A DNA stretch of 32,000 bases from Paracoccus suum (GTDB lineage Bacteria; Pseudomonadota; Alphaproteobacteria; Rhodobacterales; Rhodobacteraceae). The stretch lies in contig NZ_CP030918.1 of assembly GCF_003324675.1 (NCBI RefSeq), positions 1,320,001 to 1,352,000 on the forward strand, in the 5' to 3' direction. Below the pieces are notes generated by a model. The model searched no databases. It was not told the DNA's origin and saw nothing but the letters and a program-made list of their open reading frames with translations. Both the position numbers and the translations under genes were made by a program. Shown here one piece after another: positions 16,047-26,103 of the stretch (position 1 is its first letter; each line of letters starts with the position of its first letter).

Positions 16047-17390
16047 ATGCCAGCCGACCTGTTTGACCAGAACCCGACCGACCCCGCCGTGGGCGGGACC
16101 CCCGCGCCCGCAGGCCATAGACCGCTGGCCGATCGCCTGCGGCCGCAGTCGCTGGCCGAGGTCATTGGCCAGGGCAAGGTGCTTTCCAGCGATGGTCCCC
16201 TTGGCTCGATGCTGGAGGCGGGCAGCCTCGGGTCGCTGATCCTTTGGGGACCACCCGGCGTCGGCAAGACCACGATTGCGCGGCTTCTCGCTGACCAGAC
16301 TGACCTGCATTTCGTCCAGATCAGCGCCATCTTTTCCGGCGTTCCCGAACTGCGCCGGGTGTTCGAGGCGGCACGAATGCGCCGCGATCAGGGTCGCGGC
16401 ACATTGTTGTTCGTCGACGAGATCCACCGCTTCAACAAGGCGCAGCAGGACAGCTTTCTGCCACTGATGGAGGACGGCACGATCCTGCTGGTCGGCGCGA
16501 CGACCGAGAACCCTAGCTTCGAGTTGAACGCCGCCCTGCTGTCGCGGGCGCAGGTAATCGTGCTCGAGCGCCTCTCGCTCGCCGACCTTGAATTGCTGGC
16601 ACAACGGGCCGAACGCGAGATGGGCCGGCCGCTGCCGATGACGGCCCCGGCGCGCGAGCGCCTGCTGGGGATGGCAGACGGCGATGGCCGCGCGGCCCTG
16701 AACCTGATCGAGCAGGTGTTTGCCTGGCGCCTGCCGGGCCCGCTCGACCCCGAGGGGCTGGCGCAGCGCCTCATGCGGCGGGCGGCCAAATATGACAAAT
16801 CCGGGGACGAGCATTACAACCTGATCTCGGCCCTGCACAAATCGGTGCGTGGCAGCGACCCGGACGCGGCTCTCTACTGGTTTGCGCGGATGCTCGAGGG
16901 GGGCGAGGACCCGCGCTATCTGGCCCGGCGCATCACCCGCATGGCGATCGAGGACATCGGCCTCGCCGATCCCGACGCCCAGACCCATTGCCTGCATGCC
17001 TGGGAGGTCTATGAGCGGCTCGGCAGCCCCGAAGGCGAGTTGGCCTTGGCCCAGGCGCTGATCTATCTGGCGCTCGCGCCCAAATCCAACGCCGGCTACC
17101 GGGCCTTTTCCGATGCGAAGGCCGAGGCAAAGCGCACAGGCAGCCTGATGCCCCCGGCGCATATCCTGAACGCACCGACCAAGCTGATGAAGGATCAGGG
17201 CTATGGCGCCGGCTACGCCTATGACCACAACGCCGAGGACGGCTTTTCCGGCCAGAACTACTTCCCTGAAGGCATCAAGCGCCCGGTCCTCTACAGCCCG
17301 GTCGAGCGCGGCTTTGAACGCGAGCTGAAAAAGCGTCTCGACTGGTTCGTGCAGCAGCGGCTGAAGCGCGGCCAGCCCAAGGGCGGTTGA
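16047..17390 (+). CDS. rarA: Replication-associated recombination protein A (MgsA/RarA AAA+ ATPase)
   Basis: Walker A is GPPGVGKTT and Walker B is LLFVDEIHRFNK. The C-terminal MgsA block is YDKSGDEHYNLISALHKSVRGSDPDAALYWFARML. ATG 16047 is preferred over TTG 16017. Confidence 0.9.
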   Translation: MPADLFDQNPTDPAVGGTPAPAGHRPLADRLRPQSLAEVIGQGKVLSSDGPLGSMLEAGSLGSLILWGPPGVGKTTIARLLADQTDLHFVQISAIFSGVPELRRVFEAARMRRDQGRGTLLFVDEIHRFNKAQQDSFLPLMEDGTILLVGATTENPSFELNAALLSRAQVIVLERLSLADLELLAQRAEREMGRPLPMTAPARERLLGMADGDGRAALNLIEQVFAWRLPGPLDPEGLAQRLMRRAAKYDKSGDEHYNLISALHKSVRGSDPDAALYWFARMLEGGEDPRYLARRITRMAIEDIGLADPDAQTHCLHAWEVYERLGSPEGELALAQALIYLALAPKSNAGYRAFSDAKAEAKRTGSLMPPAHILNAPTKLMKDQGYGAGYAYDHNAEDGFSGQNYFPEGIKRPVLYSPVERGFERELKKRLDWFVQQRLKRGQPKGG

Positions 17391-17421
17391 CTTTGTTCTG
17401 CCGCGGCGGGAAGGGCAGGGG

Positions 17422-17793
17422 ATGAACAACTATCTTCAGGTCGCCGCCGGTGGCGCCATCGGCGCCACGCTGCGCTATGCCGCAACCCGCGCGGTGCCCG
17501 GCCATGGCCCGCAATTTCCGGTCGCCACGCTGGGCGTGAACGTCGCCGGTTGCCTCGCCATGGGCCTGCTCGCCGCGCTGTTTGCCCATCGCGGCGGCCA
17601 GCATCTCGCGCCCTTCCTGATGACCGGCGTGCTAGGCGGATTCACCACTTTTTCCGCCTTCTCCCTCGACGCGCTGACTTTGTGGGGGCGGGGGCAGCAC
17701 CCGCTGGCAGCCGCCTATGTGCTGGCCTCGGTCGTCCTGTCGCTGGCGGCGGTGATGGCCGGCCTTGCGCTCGGCCGGGCGATCTTCGCATGA
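17422..17793 (+). CDS. crcB: Fluoride channel CrcB/FluC
   Basis: 123 aa with 4 TM segments, GGAIGATLRY and GVLGGFTTFSAFS motifs. Confidence 0.9.
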   Translation: MNNYLQVAAGGAIGATLRYAATRAVPGHGPQFPVATLGVNVAGCLAMGLLAALFAHRGGQHLAPFLMTGVLGGFTTFSAFSLDALTLWGRGQHPLAAAYVLASVVLSLAAVMAGLALGRAIFA

Positions 17794-18833
17794 GCGGCGT
17801 TCTCAGCCTGACGGTCGGGGCGGACGAGGGGGACCAGCGGCTGGATCGCTGGCTGCGCCGGCAATTCCCGCAACTGAACCAGATCGCCATCGAAAAGATG
17901 TGCCGCAAGGGCGAGCTGCGGGTCGATGGTGGCCGGGTCAAGCCCGCCACCCGGATCGAGGCCGGCCAGCAGGTTCGGGTGCCGCCGCTGCCCGACGCCT
18001 CGGCTGCGCCCGCAGTAGTCCGCGCCCCGCGTCCCGGCACCCCGTCCGAGGCGGATGCCGCCATGATCCAGGCGGCCGTGCTGTGGAAAGACCAGCATAT
18101 CATCGCCCTGAACAAGCCGCCGGGCCTGCCCAGTCAAGGTGGCAGCGGGCAGGGCAACCGCCATGTCGACGGGCTGACCGCCGCGCTGATGTTCGGATAC
18201 AAGGACCGGCCCAAGCTGGTCCATCGCCTCGACAAGGACACCTCTGGGGTGCTGTTGCTGGCCCGCACCGACCGAGTGGCGCGGGGCCTCTCCGAGGCGT
18301 TTCGGCACCGTGACACCCGCAAGATCTACTGGGCCGCCGTCGCCGGCGTGCCACACCCGCGCATGGGCACCATCCGCTTTGGACTGATCAAGGGTGGCCA
18401 CGACAGCGAGCGCATGATCTGCATCCACCCGTCCAAGGTGGACCAGACCGAGGGCGCCAAGCGCGCCACCACCGATTACGCCGTCCTCGACAACCTCGGC
18501 TCGCGCGCCAGCTGGTGCGCGTTGGTGCCCATCACCGGGCGCACCCACCAGTTGCGCGCGCATATGGCCGAACTGGGCCACCCCATCGTCGGCGACGGCA
18601 AATACGGCGGCTCGGGGCAGGAGAACCTTGGCGACGGCTGGGGCGCGCAACTCGGCGGCGAGATCAGCCGCAAGCTGCACCTGCACGCCCGCTCGCTGAC
18701 CGTAAAGCACCCGATCACCGGCGAGATGCTGACCATCACTGCACCGCTGCCCGAACATATGGCCCGCACCTGGGAGACGCTCGGCTGGTCCGAGCGCGAC
18801 GTGCCGGCCGATCCCTTCGCCGAGGTCCTGTGA
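17790..18833 (+). CDS. RluA-family (RluC/RluD-like) 23S rRNA pseudouridine synthase
   Basis: 347 aa from ATG 17790, overlapping the crcB TGA (ATGA). It has an S4-like N-terminus (RLDRWLRRQFPQL...GELRVDGGRVKP), the catalytic HRLDKDTSGVLLLAR motif, and THQLRAHMAELGHPIVGDGKYG. The ORF-track start 17550 lies inside crcB. Confidence 0.85.
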   Translation: MSGVLSLTVGADEGDQRLDRWLRRQFPQLNQIAIEKMCRKGELRVDGGRVKPATRIEAGQQVRVPPLPDASAAPAVVRAPRPGTPSEADAAMIQAAVLWKDQHIIALNKPPGLPSQGGSGQGNRHVDGLTAALMFGYKDRPKLVHRLDKDTSGVLLLARTDRVARGLSEAFRHRDTRKIYWAAVAGVPHPRMGTIRFGLIKGGHDSERMICIHPSKVDQTEGAKRATTDYAVLDNLGSRASWCALVPITGRTHQLRAHMAELGHPIVGDGKYGGSGQENLGDGWGAQLGGEISRKLHLHARSLTVKHPITGEMLTITAPLPEHMARTWETLGWSERDVPADPFAEVL

Positions 18834-19501
18834 AGCTGATTCTGTTCGACGTCGATGGCACGCTGGTGGACAGCCAGCATCACATCCATGCGGCGATGCG
18901 TCATGCCTTTGACGCCGAGGGTGTGCCCAGTCCTGATCTGGCGCAGGTGCGCGGCATCGTCGGCCTGTCGCTGCCGCAGGCGATGGCGGCGCTGGCGCCG
19001 GACTTGCCGCGAGATCGCCAGATGCGGCTCGTCGAGGGCTATCGCGGCGCATTCATGGGCATCCGCCATCAGAAAGAAGCGCTGCTATATGACGGTGCCG
19101 CGGCCTGCGTCGCGCAGTTTTCGGGGCGCGACGATCTGTTGCTGGGAATCGCGACCGGCAAAAGTCGGCGCGGTCTGCACGCGATGATCGCGCATCATGG
19201 CTTTACGGGCACGTTCACCACGTTGCAATGCGCCGACGATCACCCCTCCAAACCTGATCCGGCGATGATTCTGACCGCGATGGCCGAGGTGGGTGCGGCG
19301 CCCGAGGCGACGGTGATGATCGGCGATACCAGCTTCGACATGGCCATGGCCCGGGCCGCTGGCGTTCACGCGCTGGGGGTCGGCTGGGGGTACCATCCAC
19401 CCGGCGCGCTGCGCGAAGCCGGTGCGGCAGTCGTTGCCGAGAATTTCCCGGCCCTCACGGAGCGCCTGGAGAACTGGACCACGTCGGGGGCCCTTGCATG
19501 A
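18830..19501 (+). CDS. HAD-superfamily hydrolase (phosphoglycolate-phosphatase-like)
   Basis: GTG 18830 overlaps the upstream TGA (GTGA). Motif I is LILFDVDGTLVDS. Also present are GIATGKSRRGL and motif IV MIGDTSFDMAMARAAG. Confidence 0.8.
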   Translation: MKLILFDVDGTLVDSQHHIHAAMRHAFDAEGVPSPDLAQVRGIVGLSLPQAMAALAPDLPRDRQMRLVEGYRGAFMGIRHQKEALLYDGAAACVAQFSGRDDLLLGIATGKSRRGLHAMIAHHGFTGTFTTLQCADDHPSKPDPAMILTAMAEVGAAPEATVMIGDTSFDMAMARAAGVHALGVGWGYHPPGALREAGAAVVAENFPALTERLENWTTSGALA

Positions 19502-20235
19502 GCGAGTGGAAGGCGCGCCGTTTCTGGAAGGTGGCCGATGTCCGCCCGGCTGGGGATGGCTGGGAAGTGACGCTTGATGGCAAGCCGCTGCGCACGCCCG
19601 GCAAGGCCGCCCTGGTCCTGCCGACCGAGGCGCTGGCGCGGGCCATCGCCGACGAATGGGACGCGCAGGGCGATCTGATCGCCCCGCTGACGATGCCCCT
19701 GACTCGCGCCGCGAACTCTGCCATCGAACGCGTGACGCCTCAGCAGGCCGAAGTTGCCGCCATGCTGTCCGACTACGCCAGCACCGACCTGCTGTCCTAC
19801 CGCGCCGAGGGCGCGGGCGAGGGCGGCCTCGCGGCCCGCCAGTCTGCTGGTTGGGACCCGCTGATCGATTGGGCCAAGGCACGCCACGATGCGCCGCTTG
19901 CGGTCACCGGCGGCGTCATCCCGGTGGCGCAGGACCCTGCGGCGCTGGCGCGACTGGCCGATGCGGTGGCAGCGCTCGACGTGTTTGGGCTGACCGCGCT
20001 GCATGATCTGGTAACGCTGCCCGGCTCGCTGATCCTCGGGCTTGCGGTGATCGACGGGCGAATCGACGCCACCATGGCCCATGCCCTCGCCCGCCTCGAC
20101 GAGGAGTTCCAGGCCGAGCAATGGGGCCGCGACGAGGAGGCAGACGCCGCCGCCGAAGCCCGCCTTGAAGCCATGCAGAATGCCGAGCGCCTCTGGCATC
20201 TTTCACGCCGGACGGATGTCGGCGCGCGCGGCTAA
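19498..20235 (+). CDS. ATP12-family F1-ATPase assembly chaperone homologue
   Basis: 245 aa. RFWKVADV...GWEVTLDGKPLRTPGKAALVLPTEALARAIADEWDAQ matches my memory of the ATP12 N-terminal signature. The ATG overlaps the upstream TGA (ATGA). Confidence 0.75.
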   Translation: MSEWKARRFWKVADVRPAGDGWEVTLDGKPLRTPGKAALVLPTEALARAIADEWDAQGDLIAPLTMPLTRAANSAIERVTPQQAEVAAMLSDYASTDLLSYRAEGAGEGGLAARQSAGWDPLIDWAKARHDAPLAVTGGVIPVAQDPAALARLADAVAALDVFGLTALHDLVTLPGSLILGLAVIDGRIDATMAHALARLDEEFQAEQWGRDEEADAAAEARLEAMQNAERLWHLSRRTDVGARG

Positions 20236-20372
20236 ACCCCCCTGACTGTTGACGGACCGGTTTCGATCGGCAACTAATCGCGCACGGGGTCGGCAATGGT
20301 CCCCATGATTTCCGCCCCCGCAGAGGGGAGAGCGCAGCCCGGCGAAGGCCGGCTACACAGGGAAGGGTCCCC

Positions 20373-21389
20373 ATGAAACTCGCTATTCTTTTTGGCACGG
20401 CAACCGCAGCCGCGCTGCTGGCAGGCGGCGCAATGGCCGACACGCTGGCCGACGTGAAGGCCCGCGGCATGCTGAACTGCGGTGTGAACACCGGCCTGGT
20501 CGGCTTTGCTGCGCCGGACGCCAACGGCAACTGGCAAGGCTTTGACATCGCCGTTTGCAAGGCCGTCGCGGCCGCCGTGCTGGGCGATGCCAGCAAGGTC
20601 AAATACGTGCCCACCACCGGCCAGACCCGGTTCACCGCGCTCTCCTCGGGCGAGGTTGACGTGCTGGCCCGGAACTCCACCGTGACCTTCTCGCGCGATA
20701 CCGACCTCAAGCTCGATTTCGTGGCGATCAACTACTATGACGGCCAGGGCTTCATGGTCCCCAAATCGCTGGGTGTGACCTCGGCCAAGGAACTGGATGG
20801 CGCGACCGTCTGCATCCAGACCGGCACCACGACCGAGCTGAACCTGGCCGACTACTTCCGCGCCAACAATATGAAGTACCAGCCGGTCAACATCGACAGC
20901 AACGCCGAGGGCGAGCAGCAGTACCTGGCCGGTGCCTGCGACGCCTACACGACCGATGCCTCGGGCCTGGCGGCGACCCGTGCCGCCTTTGCGAACCCCG
21001 ACGATCACATCATCCTGCCCGAGATCATCAGCAAGGAGCCGCTGGCGGTTGCGGTTCGCCATGGCGACAACAACTGGGGCGATATCGTCCGCTGGACCTT
21101 CTTCGCGCTGGTCGCGGCCGAGGAATATGGCATCACGTCGGCTAACCTGGACGAGCAGGCGAACACTTCGCAGAACCCGGAGGTCCAGCGCCTGCTGGGA
21201 AAGACGGACGATCTGGGCAAGATGATCGGCCTCGACGCGGAGTGGGCCAAGCGCGCGATCGCGGCCTCTGGCAACTATGGCGAGATTTTCAACGCCACCA
21301 TCGGCGAAGCAACGCCGATCAAGCTGGCGCGGGGCCTCAATGCGCAATGGACCCAGGGCGGACTGATGTACGCCCCGCCGTTCCGCTGA
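20373..21389 (+). CDS. bztA: Polar/general amino-acid ABC transporter, periplasmic binding protein (BztA/AapJ type)
   Basis: 338 aa with signal peptide MKLAILFGTATAAALLAGGAMA/DT. ...DVKARGMLNCGVNTGLVGFAAPDANGNWQGFDIAVCKAVAAAVLGD... is typical of BztA/AapJ. It is the first gene of a 4-gene ABC operon. Confidence 0.85.
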   Translation: MKLAILFGTATAAALLAGGAMADTLADVKARGMLNCGVNTGLVGFAAPDANGNWQGFDIAVCKAVAAAVLGDASKVKYVPTTGQTRFTALSSGEVDVLARNSTVTFSRDTDLKLDFVAINYYDGQGFMVPKSLGVTSAKELDGATVCIQTGTTTELNLADYFRANNMKYQPVNIDSNAEGEQQYLAGACDAYTTDASGLAATRAAFANPDDHIILPEIISKEPLAVAVRHGDNNWGDIVRWTFFALVAAEEYGITSANLDEQANTSQNPEVQRLLGKTDDLGKMIGLDAEWAKRAIAASGNYGEIFNATIGEATPIKLARGLNAQWTQGGLMYAPPFR

Positions 21390-21508
21390 TAAGTTAAGCG
21401 ATAAGAAGGCACTGTCCGGGCCGCTAGAGCCCCGGGCGGTGCACGCACCAGACGACGCGGCGCGCAATTCCGGCTGACAAAATACCGGCCGCCGCACAGG
21501 GAGAGCCA

Positions 21509-22765
21509 ATGAGCGATTTCGCGGTACCGGCGCATCCGCCGTTCCGACCGATGATGCTGATTAATGACCGGCGTTACCGGGGTTACACCATCCAGGTGGT
21601 CGTTTTCATCCTGATCATGGCCGCCGCCTGGTGGCTGATCGGAAACACCATCGAAAACCTCAGCCGTCTCGGCAAAGACTTCAACTTCGATTTCCTGTGG
21701 AAGCGCGCGGGCTACGACATTCCGCAGGTCCTGATCCCCTATACCGCCGACAGCAGCCACATGCGCGCGGCCGTCGTGGGGCTGCTCAACACGCTGCTGG
21801 TCGCGGTTCTGGGCTGCATCACCGCGACGATCATCGGGGTCACGGCCGGTGTTCTGCGACTTTCCAACAACTGGCTCGTCGCGCGACTGATGACCATCTA
21901 TGTCGAGCTGTTCCGCAACATCCCGCTGCTGCTGTGGATCCTGGTGGTCTATGCGGTATTCACGGAATCCCTGCCGGCGCCGCGCGCCTATTCGGGGGCC
22001 GATCCGGCCGCACATATGATCCTGTTCGACAGCATCGCGCTGACCAACCGCTATACCGCGATCCCGACCCTGAACCTGCTGCACAGCCATGGCAGCCTGA
22101 ACATCGGCTGGGGGGTGACGATCAACTGGGCGACCATCGCCTATATCGTCGTGCTCGTCCTCGCCATCCTGGCGCATCGCGCGCTGGGCCGCTGGGCGAG
22201 GGCGCGCCAGAACCTGACCGGCGTCCGGCCGCGCACCTGGCCGATCTCGGCGGCGCTGTTCGTGCTGCCGCTGGTGGCGTTGTGGCTCTACTTCGGAATC
22301 GAGGTAGTGCGCCCGACCCTGAAGGGCTTCAACTTCGCGGGCGGGGTCAACGTCCATAACGCGCTGGTGGCACTGTGGCTGGCGCTGTCCCTCTACACCG
22401 GTGCCTTCATCGCCGAGATCGTGCGCGCCGGTGTCCTCGCCGTCAGCAAGGGCCAGTCCGAGGCGAGCTATGCCCTCGGCCTCAGCCGCCGCCGCACCAT
22501 GAGCCTGGTGGTCCTGCCGCAGGCGCTGCGGGTGATCATCCCGCCGCTGATCTCGCAGTTCCTGAACCTGACCAAGAACAGCAGTTTGGCGATCGCCACA
22601 GGCTACATGGACCTCAAGGCGACGCTGGGCGGCACGACCCTGAACCAGACCGGTCGAGAGCTTGAGAGCATGGTCCTGATGATGGGCATCTACCTCGTCC
22701 TCAGCCTGATCATTTCCAGCGCGATGAACCTCTTCAACGCCCGCGTCCGCCTGAGGGAGCGCTGA
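21509..22765 (+). CDS. bztB: Amino-acid ABC transporter permease (BztB/AapQ type)
   Basis: 418 aa and multi-TM. The EAA-type loop is SKGQSEASYALGLSRRRTMSLVVLPQALRVIIPPL. Confidence 0.85.
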   Translation: MSDFAVPAHPPFRPMMLINDRRYRGYTIQVVVFILIMAAAWWLIGNTIENLSRLGKDFNFDFLWKRAGYDIPQVLIPYTADSSHMRAAVVGLLNTLLVAVLGCITATIIGVTAGVLRLSNNWLVARLMTIYVELFRNIPLLLWILVVYAVFTESLPAPRAYSGADPAAHMILFDSIALTNRYTAIPTLNLLHSHGSLNIGWGVTINWATIAYIVVLVLAILAHRALGRWARARQNLTGVRPRTWPISAALFVLPLVALWLYFGIEVVRPTLKGFNFAGGVNVHNALVALWLALSLYTGAFIAEIVRAGVLAVSKGQSEASYALGLSRRRTMSLVVLPQALRVIIPPLISQFLNLTKNSSLAIATGYMDLKATLGGTTLNQTGRELESMVLMMGIYLVLSLIISSAMNLFNARVRLRER

Positions 22766-22768
22766 GCC

Positions 22769-24220
22769 ATGTCCGAGATTCATGCGCAAACCGTTCAGTA
22801 CGTCCGCGACACTATGCTGCCGCCGGCGCCGCCGCCTAACCGGCAGTCCGGCCCGGTCCTCTGGCTGCGCGAGAACCTGTTCTCGGGCCCGCTGAACATC
22901 GCCCTGACCCTGCTGGGACTGGCCGCGATCTGGTATCTAGTATCCTCCATCTGGCCGTGGATTGCCCATTCGGTCTGGCATGCCAACAGCCTCAAGGAGT
23001 GTCGCGGGATCATTGCCGCGACCTTTGGCGAGGGCACAACGGGCGCCTGCTGGGCGCTGGTGCGCGAGCGTTGGTCGCAGTTCGTCTTTGGTTTCTATCC
23101 GTCCCACCTGTGGTGGCGGCCGGTTGCGGCCTTTGGATTTCTGTTCGTCGCCCTGGCACCGGTCCTCTTCTCGGACAGCCGGGGCATCCGCCGCTGGGTG
23201 CTGTTCCTCGCCGCCATCCTGACCGTCTGGATCATGGACGCGCTCGGCGCACCGACCGCGCCGCTGACCTGGGTCGCGGCGATAATGATGCTGGCCTGGC
23301 TGCTGTCCGAGTTTCGTCCCTCGCTGCTGCTGGTCATGACGGGCCTTTATCCGGCGCTCGGGGTCTGGCTGCTGTGGGGCGGATCGCTTTGGTCCCCGAT
23401 CGTGGTGATGCTCGGCTTTGGCGTCGCCTACGCGGTCTATCGTGCGCTCGAGCGGACATCGTCGCTGCTGGCGGTCGTCGGCGCCATCGCGGCCGCGGTG
23501 GCCTGGTGGTGGTGGATCGGGCCGTGGCTGGTCCCACGGCTGAACCAGACGGTCGATCTGGCCATCACGCGCGTCGCCTCCGACAGCTTTGGCGGGTTCC
23601 TTCTGTCCATCACCATCGGCGTCTCGGGCATCGCAATGTCGCTGCCGCTGGGCATCATCCTGGCGCTCGCGCGGCGGTCGGACCTGCCGCTGGTCAAGGG
23701 CTTTGCGGTGATGTTCATCGAGTTCATCCGCGGAGTGCCGCTGATTGCCCTGCTGTTCGTCGCCTCGCTGCTGCTCAACTACTTCCTGCCCCCGGGCACC
23801 AACTTCGACATCATCCTGCGGGTCATCATCATGGTGACGCTGTTCGCCGCGGCTTACATGGCCGAGGTGATCCGCGGCGGTCTCGCGGCGCTGCCCAAGG
23901 GTCAGTACGAGGCGGCGGATTCGCTCGGCCTCGATTACTGGAAGGCGCAGCGGCTGATCATCCTGCCGCAGGCACTGAAGATCTCGATCCCGGGCATCGT
24001 CTCGACCTTCATCGGCATGTTCAAGGACACCACCCTGGTCACCTTCGTCGGGCTCTATGACCCGCTGAAGGCGACAGCCGATTCGGTTCGCGCCTCGGTC
24101 GCATGGAAGGGCACCTACTGGGAGCCTTACATCTTCACCGGCGCCATCTTCTTCATCCTCTGCTTCGGCATGTCGCGGTACTCGATGTATCTCGAACAGC
24201 GCCTGAAGCGCGAAAACTGA
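22769..24220 (+). CDS. bztC: Amino-acid ABC transporter permease (BztC/AapM type) with a long extra N-terminal TM region
   Basis: 483 aa. The EAA-type loop is [36 protein letters not shown]. It starts 3 nt after the bztB stop. Confidence 0.85.
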   Translation: MSEIHAQTVQYVRDTMLPPAPPPNRQSGPVLWLRENLFSGPLNIALTLLGLAAIWYLVSSIWPWIAHSVWHANSLKECRGIIAATFGEGTTGACWALVRERWSQFVFGFYPSHLWWRPVAAFGFLFVALAPVLFSDSRGIRRWVLFLAAILTVWIMDALGAPTAPLTWVAAIMMLAWLLSEFRPSLLLVMTGLYPALGVWLLWGGSLWSPIVVMLGFGVAYAVYRALERTSSLLAVVGAIAAAVAWWWWIGPWLVPRLNQTVDLAITRVASDSFGGFLLSITIGVSGIAMSLPLGIILALARRSDLPLVKGFAVMFIEFIRGVPLIALLFVASLLLNYFLPPGTNFDIILRVIIMVTLFAAAYMAEVIRGGLAALPKGQYEAADSLGLDYWKAQRLIILPQALKISIPGIVSTFIGMFKDTTLVTFVGLYDPLKATADSVRASVAWKGTYWEPYIFTGAIFFILCFGMSRYSMYLEQRLKREN

Positions 24221-24228
24221 GGCCAGCC

Positions 24229-25035
24229 ATGACCTATGTCCCCGAAGCCTTGCCCCGGACCCAGGCGGGTGGTCAGCCCCTCCCGCGCGAGGCGCTGACC
24301 GAGACCGCCATCCAGATCGACCGGATGAACAAGTGGTATGGCACATTCCACGTCCTGCGCGATATCGACCTTCATGTCGCCAAGGGCGAGCGGATCGTCA
24401 TTGCCGGTCCGTCCGGCAGCGGCAAATCGACGCTGATCCGCTGCGTCAACCGGCTTGAGGAACACCAGTCAGGCCGCATCGTCGTCGACGGGATCGAGCT
24501 GACCTCGGACATCAAGAACATCGACCGCGTCCGCTCCGAAGTCGGGATGGTATTCCAGCACTTCAACCTGTTCCCGCATCTGACGGTGCTGGAGAATTGC
24601 ACGCTTGCTCCGATCTGGGTGCGCCGCCTGCCGCGCCGCAAGGCCGAGGAAACCGCGATGCGCTTTTTGGAAAAGGTGCGCATCCCCGAACAGGCCGGCA
24701 AATACCCCGGCCAGCTGTCGGGCGGCCAGCAGCAGCGCGTCGCAATCGCCCGCAGCCTGTGCATGGAGCCGCGGATCATGCTGTTCGACGAGCCGACATC
24801 GGCGCTGGACCCGGAGATGATCAAGGAGGTCCTCGACACCATGATCGAGTTGGCCGAGGACGGCATGACCATGCTGTGCGTCACGCACGAGATGGGTTTT
24901 GCCCAGGCCGTCGCCGACCGCGTGATCTTCATGGACCAGGGCCAGATCGTCGAGCAGAACACGCCCAAGGAGTTCTTCGAGAACCCCCAGTCCGAGCGGA
25001 CCAAGCTGTTCCTCAGCCAGATCCTCGGCCACTGA
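24229..25035 (+). CDS. bztD: Amino-acid ABC transporter ATP-binding protein (BztD/AapP type)
   Basis: 268 aa from ATG 24229. Walker A is GPSGSGKST, the signature is [15 protein letters not shown], and Walker B is [11 protein letters not shown]. The ORF-track start 24103 lies inside bztC. Confidence 0.9.
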   Translation: MTYVPEALPRTQAGGQPLPREALTETAIQIDRMNKWYGTFHVLRDIDLHVAKGERIVIAGPSGSGKSTLIRCVNRLEEHQSGRIVVDGIELTSDIKNIDRVRSEVGMVFQHFNLFPHLTVLENCTLAPIWVRRLPRRKAEETAMRFLEKVRIPEQAGKYPGQLSGGQQQRVAIARSLCMEPRIMLFDEPTSALDPEMIKEVLDTMIELAEDGMTMLCVTHEMGFAQAVADRVIFMDQGQIVEQNTPKEFFENPQSERTKLFLSQILGH

Positions 25036-25930
25036 GGCCCGCCCTTACCGCACGCGCCCGGCGTGCCGGGGCGCGCGCGAACAGTATGACGTTGCCCGCC
25101 ATCACCAGGCCCAGCCCGAGGACGGCGACCGGCGTCCAGTGATACCCCTCGAACAGCCAGGACAGCGTCAGGGCGACCACTGGAAAGATTACCGTGGTAT
25201 ATGCCGCGCGAGACGGTCCAATGCGCGCCACGAGGCCGAGATAGGCGGCAAAGCCCGCGACCGATCCGATGATCGCCAGATACAGCGCCGCGCCCAGCCA
25301 GGCGGCATCGGCCGGCGGTACAAAGCTGCTGCCGCTGGCCAGCACGGCGACCGCGAGGAAGGCGGTGCCAAAGCTCATGCCCCAGGCATTGGCCCAGACC
25401 ACCGGCATCCCTGCCGCGCTGTTACGGCGCGAGATCATGTTGCCTAGCGAGAACAGCAGCGTGCCGCAAAGGCCCAGGCCGACCGCCAGCCCGCCCTGCG
25501 CGCCCAGCCCATGCGCAAGTTCGTCGCGAAACAGCAGCAGCACGCCCAGTGCGCCGCAAGCACCCGCGAGGATCATGCGCGTCGTGATCCGCTCGCCATA
25601 GATCAGGCGGGCATTGACCGCGTTGAACAGCGTCGCCGTGGCGAACAGAACCGATACCAGCCCCGAGGGCACAAAGCGCGAGGCGTGGTAAAAGCAGACG
25701 AAGTTGGCGCAGAAAAGGCAAAAGCCCAGGGCCGCCAGCCAGGGCAGCTCGCGCATTCTTGGCAGCCGCAGCCGGCCAAGCGCCGCCATCCCGAGGACGG
25801 TCACGACGGCTGCGAGGGCGAAGCGCCAGAACACCGCCGTCAGTACCTCGGAGAATCCGACCTGCATCTTGATGGCGATCCAGGTGCTGCCCCAGATCAG
25901 GACGGTGGCGATGAAAAGGATGGCTGTCAC
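25013..25930 (-). CDS. EamA/DMT-family transporter
   Basis: 305 aa with about 10 predicted TM helices in two similar halves (…[11 protein letters not shown]…). The start is GTG at 25930. The 3' end overlaps the convergent bztD by 23 nt. Confidence 0.8.
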   Translation of the reverse strand: MTAILFIATVLIWGSTWIAIKMQVGFSEVLTAVFWRFALAAVVTVLGMAALGRLRLPRMRELPWLAALGFCLFCANFVCFYHASRFVPSGLVSVLFATATLFNAVNARLIYGERITTRMILAGACGALGVLLLFRDELAHGLGAQGGLAVGLGLCGTLLFSLGNMISRRNSAAGMPVVWANAWGMSFGTAFLAVAVLASGSSFVPPADAAWLGAALYLAIIGSVAGFAAYLGLVARIGPSRAAYTTVIFPVVALTLSWLFEGYHWTPVAVLGLGLVMAGNVILFARAPARRARAVRAGLSGRGSG

Positions 25931-25998
25931 GACGCGCGCTCCGGCTGGGTGGCAAATGTACCGCTAGACCCGCTTCACGGCGGGCGCCACCGCGTTCC

Positions 25999-26072
25999 GA
26001 GGGCGAGGGCGAGGGACAGGGCAAGCGACGCGGCCCCTTGCCCTCGCCCCCCTGCGCCCCTAAACCCCGCCC
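25999..26072. repeat. G-tract hexamer repeat followed by a C-tract block (opposed G-quadruplex-type motifs / imperfect hairpin) in the eamA-lysC divergent region
   Basis: GAGGGC GAGGGC GAGGGA CAGGGC (25999-26022) gives GGG-N3-GGG-N3-GGG-N3-GGG. Six C-runs of 3-6 nt with spacers of 4 nt or less lie at 26034-26072. GGGCAAG (26019-26025) pairs with CTTGCCC (26037-26043). Confidence 0.6.
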
Positions 26073-26103
26073 GTCCATTTGCCCTCGGAGAGGTCCATCG
26101 CCC

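Noticed and set aside
17391-17421. Fluoride riboswitch expected upstream of crcB
   Set aside because: Only 31 nt separate rarA from crcB, too short for the ~50-nt crcB motif plus an expression platform. I see none of its conserved core.
15684-17429. 581-aa minus-strand ORF opposite luxI/rarA, plus similar long antisense ORFs at 4047-5084, 17715-19052, 20274-21509, 21275-22789, 22937-24346 and 25975-27399
   Set aside because: Each lies antisense to a gene with clear family motifs (Walker boxes, ABC signature, kinase N-terminus and so on). Each encodes Arg/Ala/Gly/Pro-rich sequence typical of shadow ORFs in high-GC DNA.
25931-26103. Lysine (L-box) riboswitch in the lysC leader
   Set aside because: The leader is too short, and G/C-tract repeats dominate it. 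I do not recognise the L-box multi-helix core.
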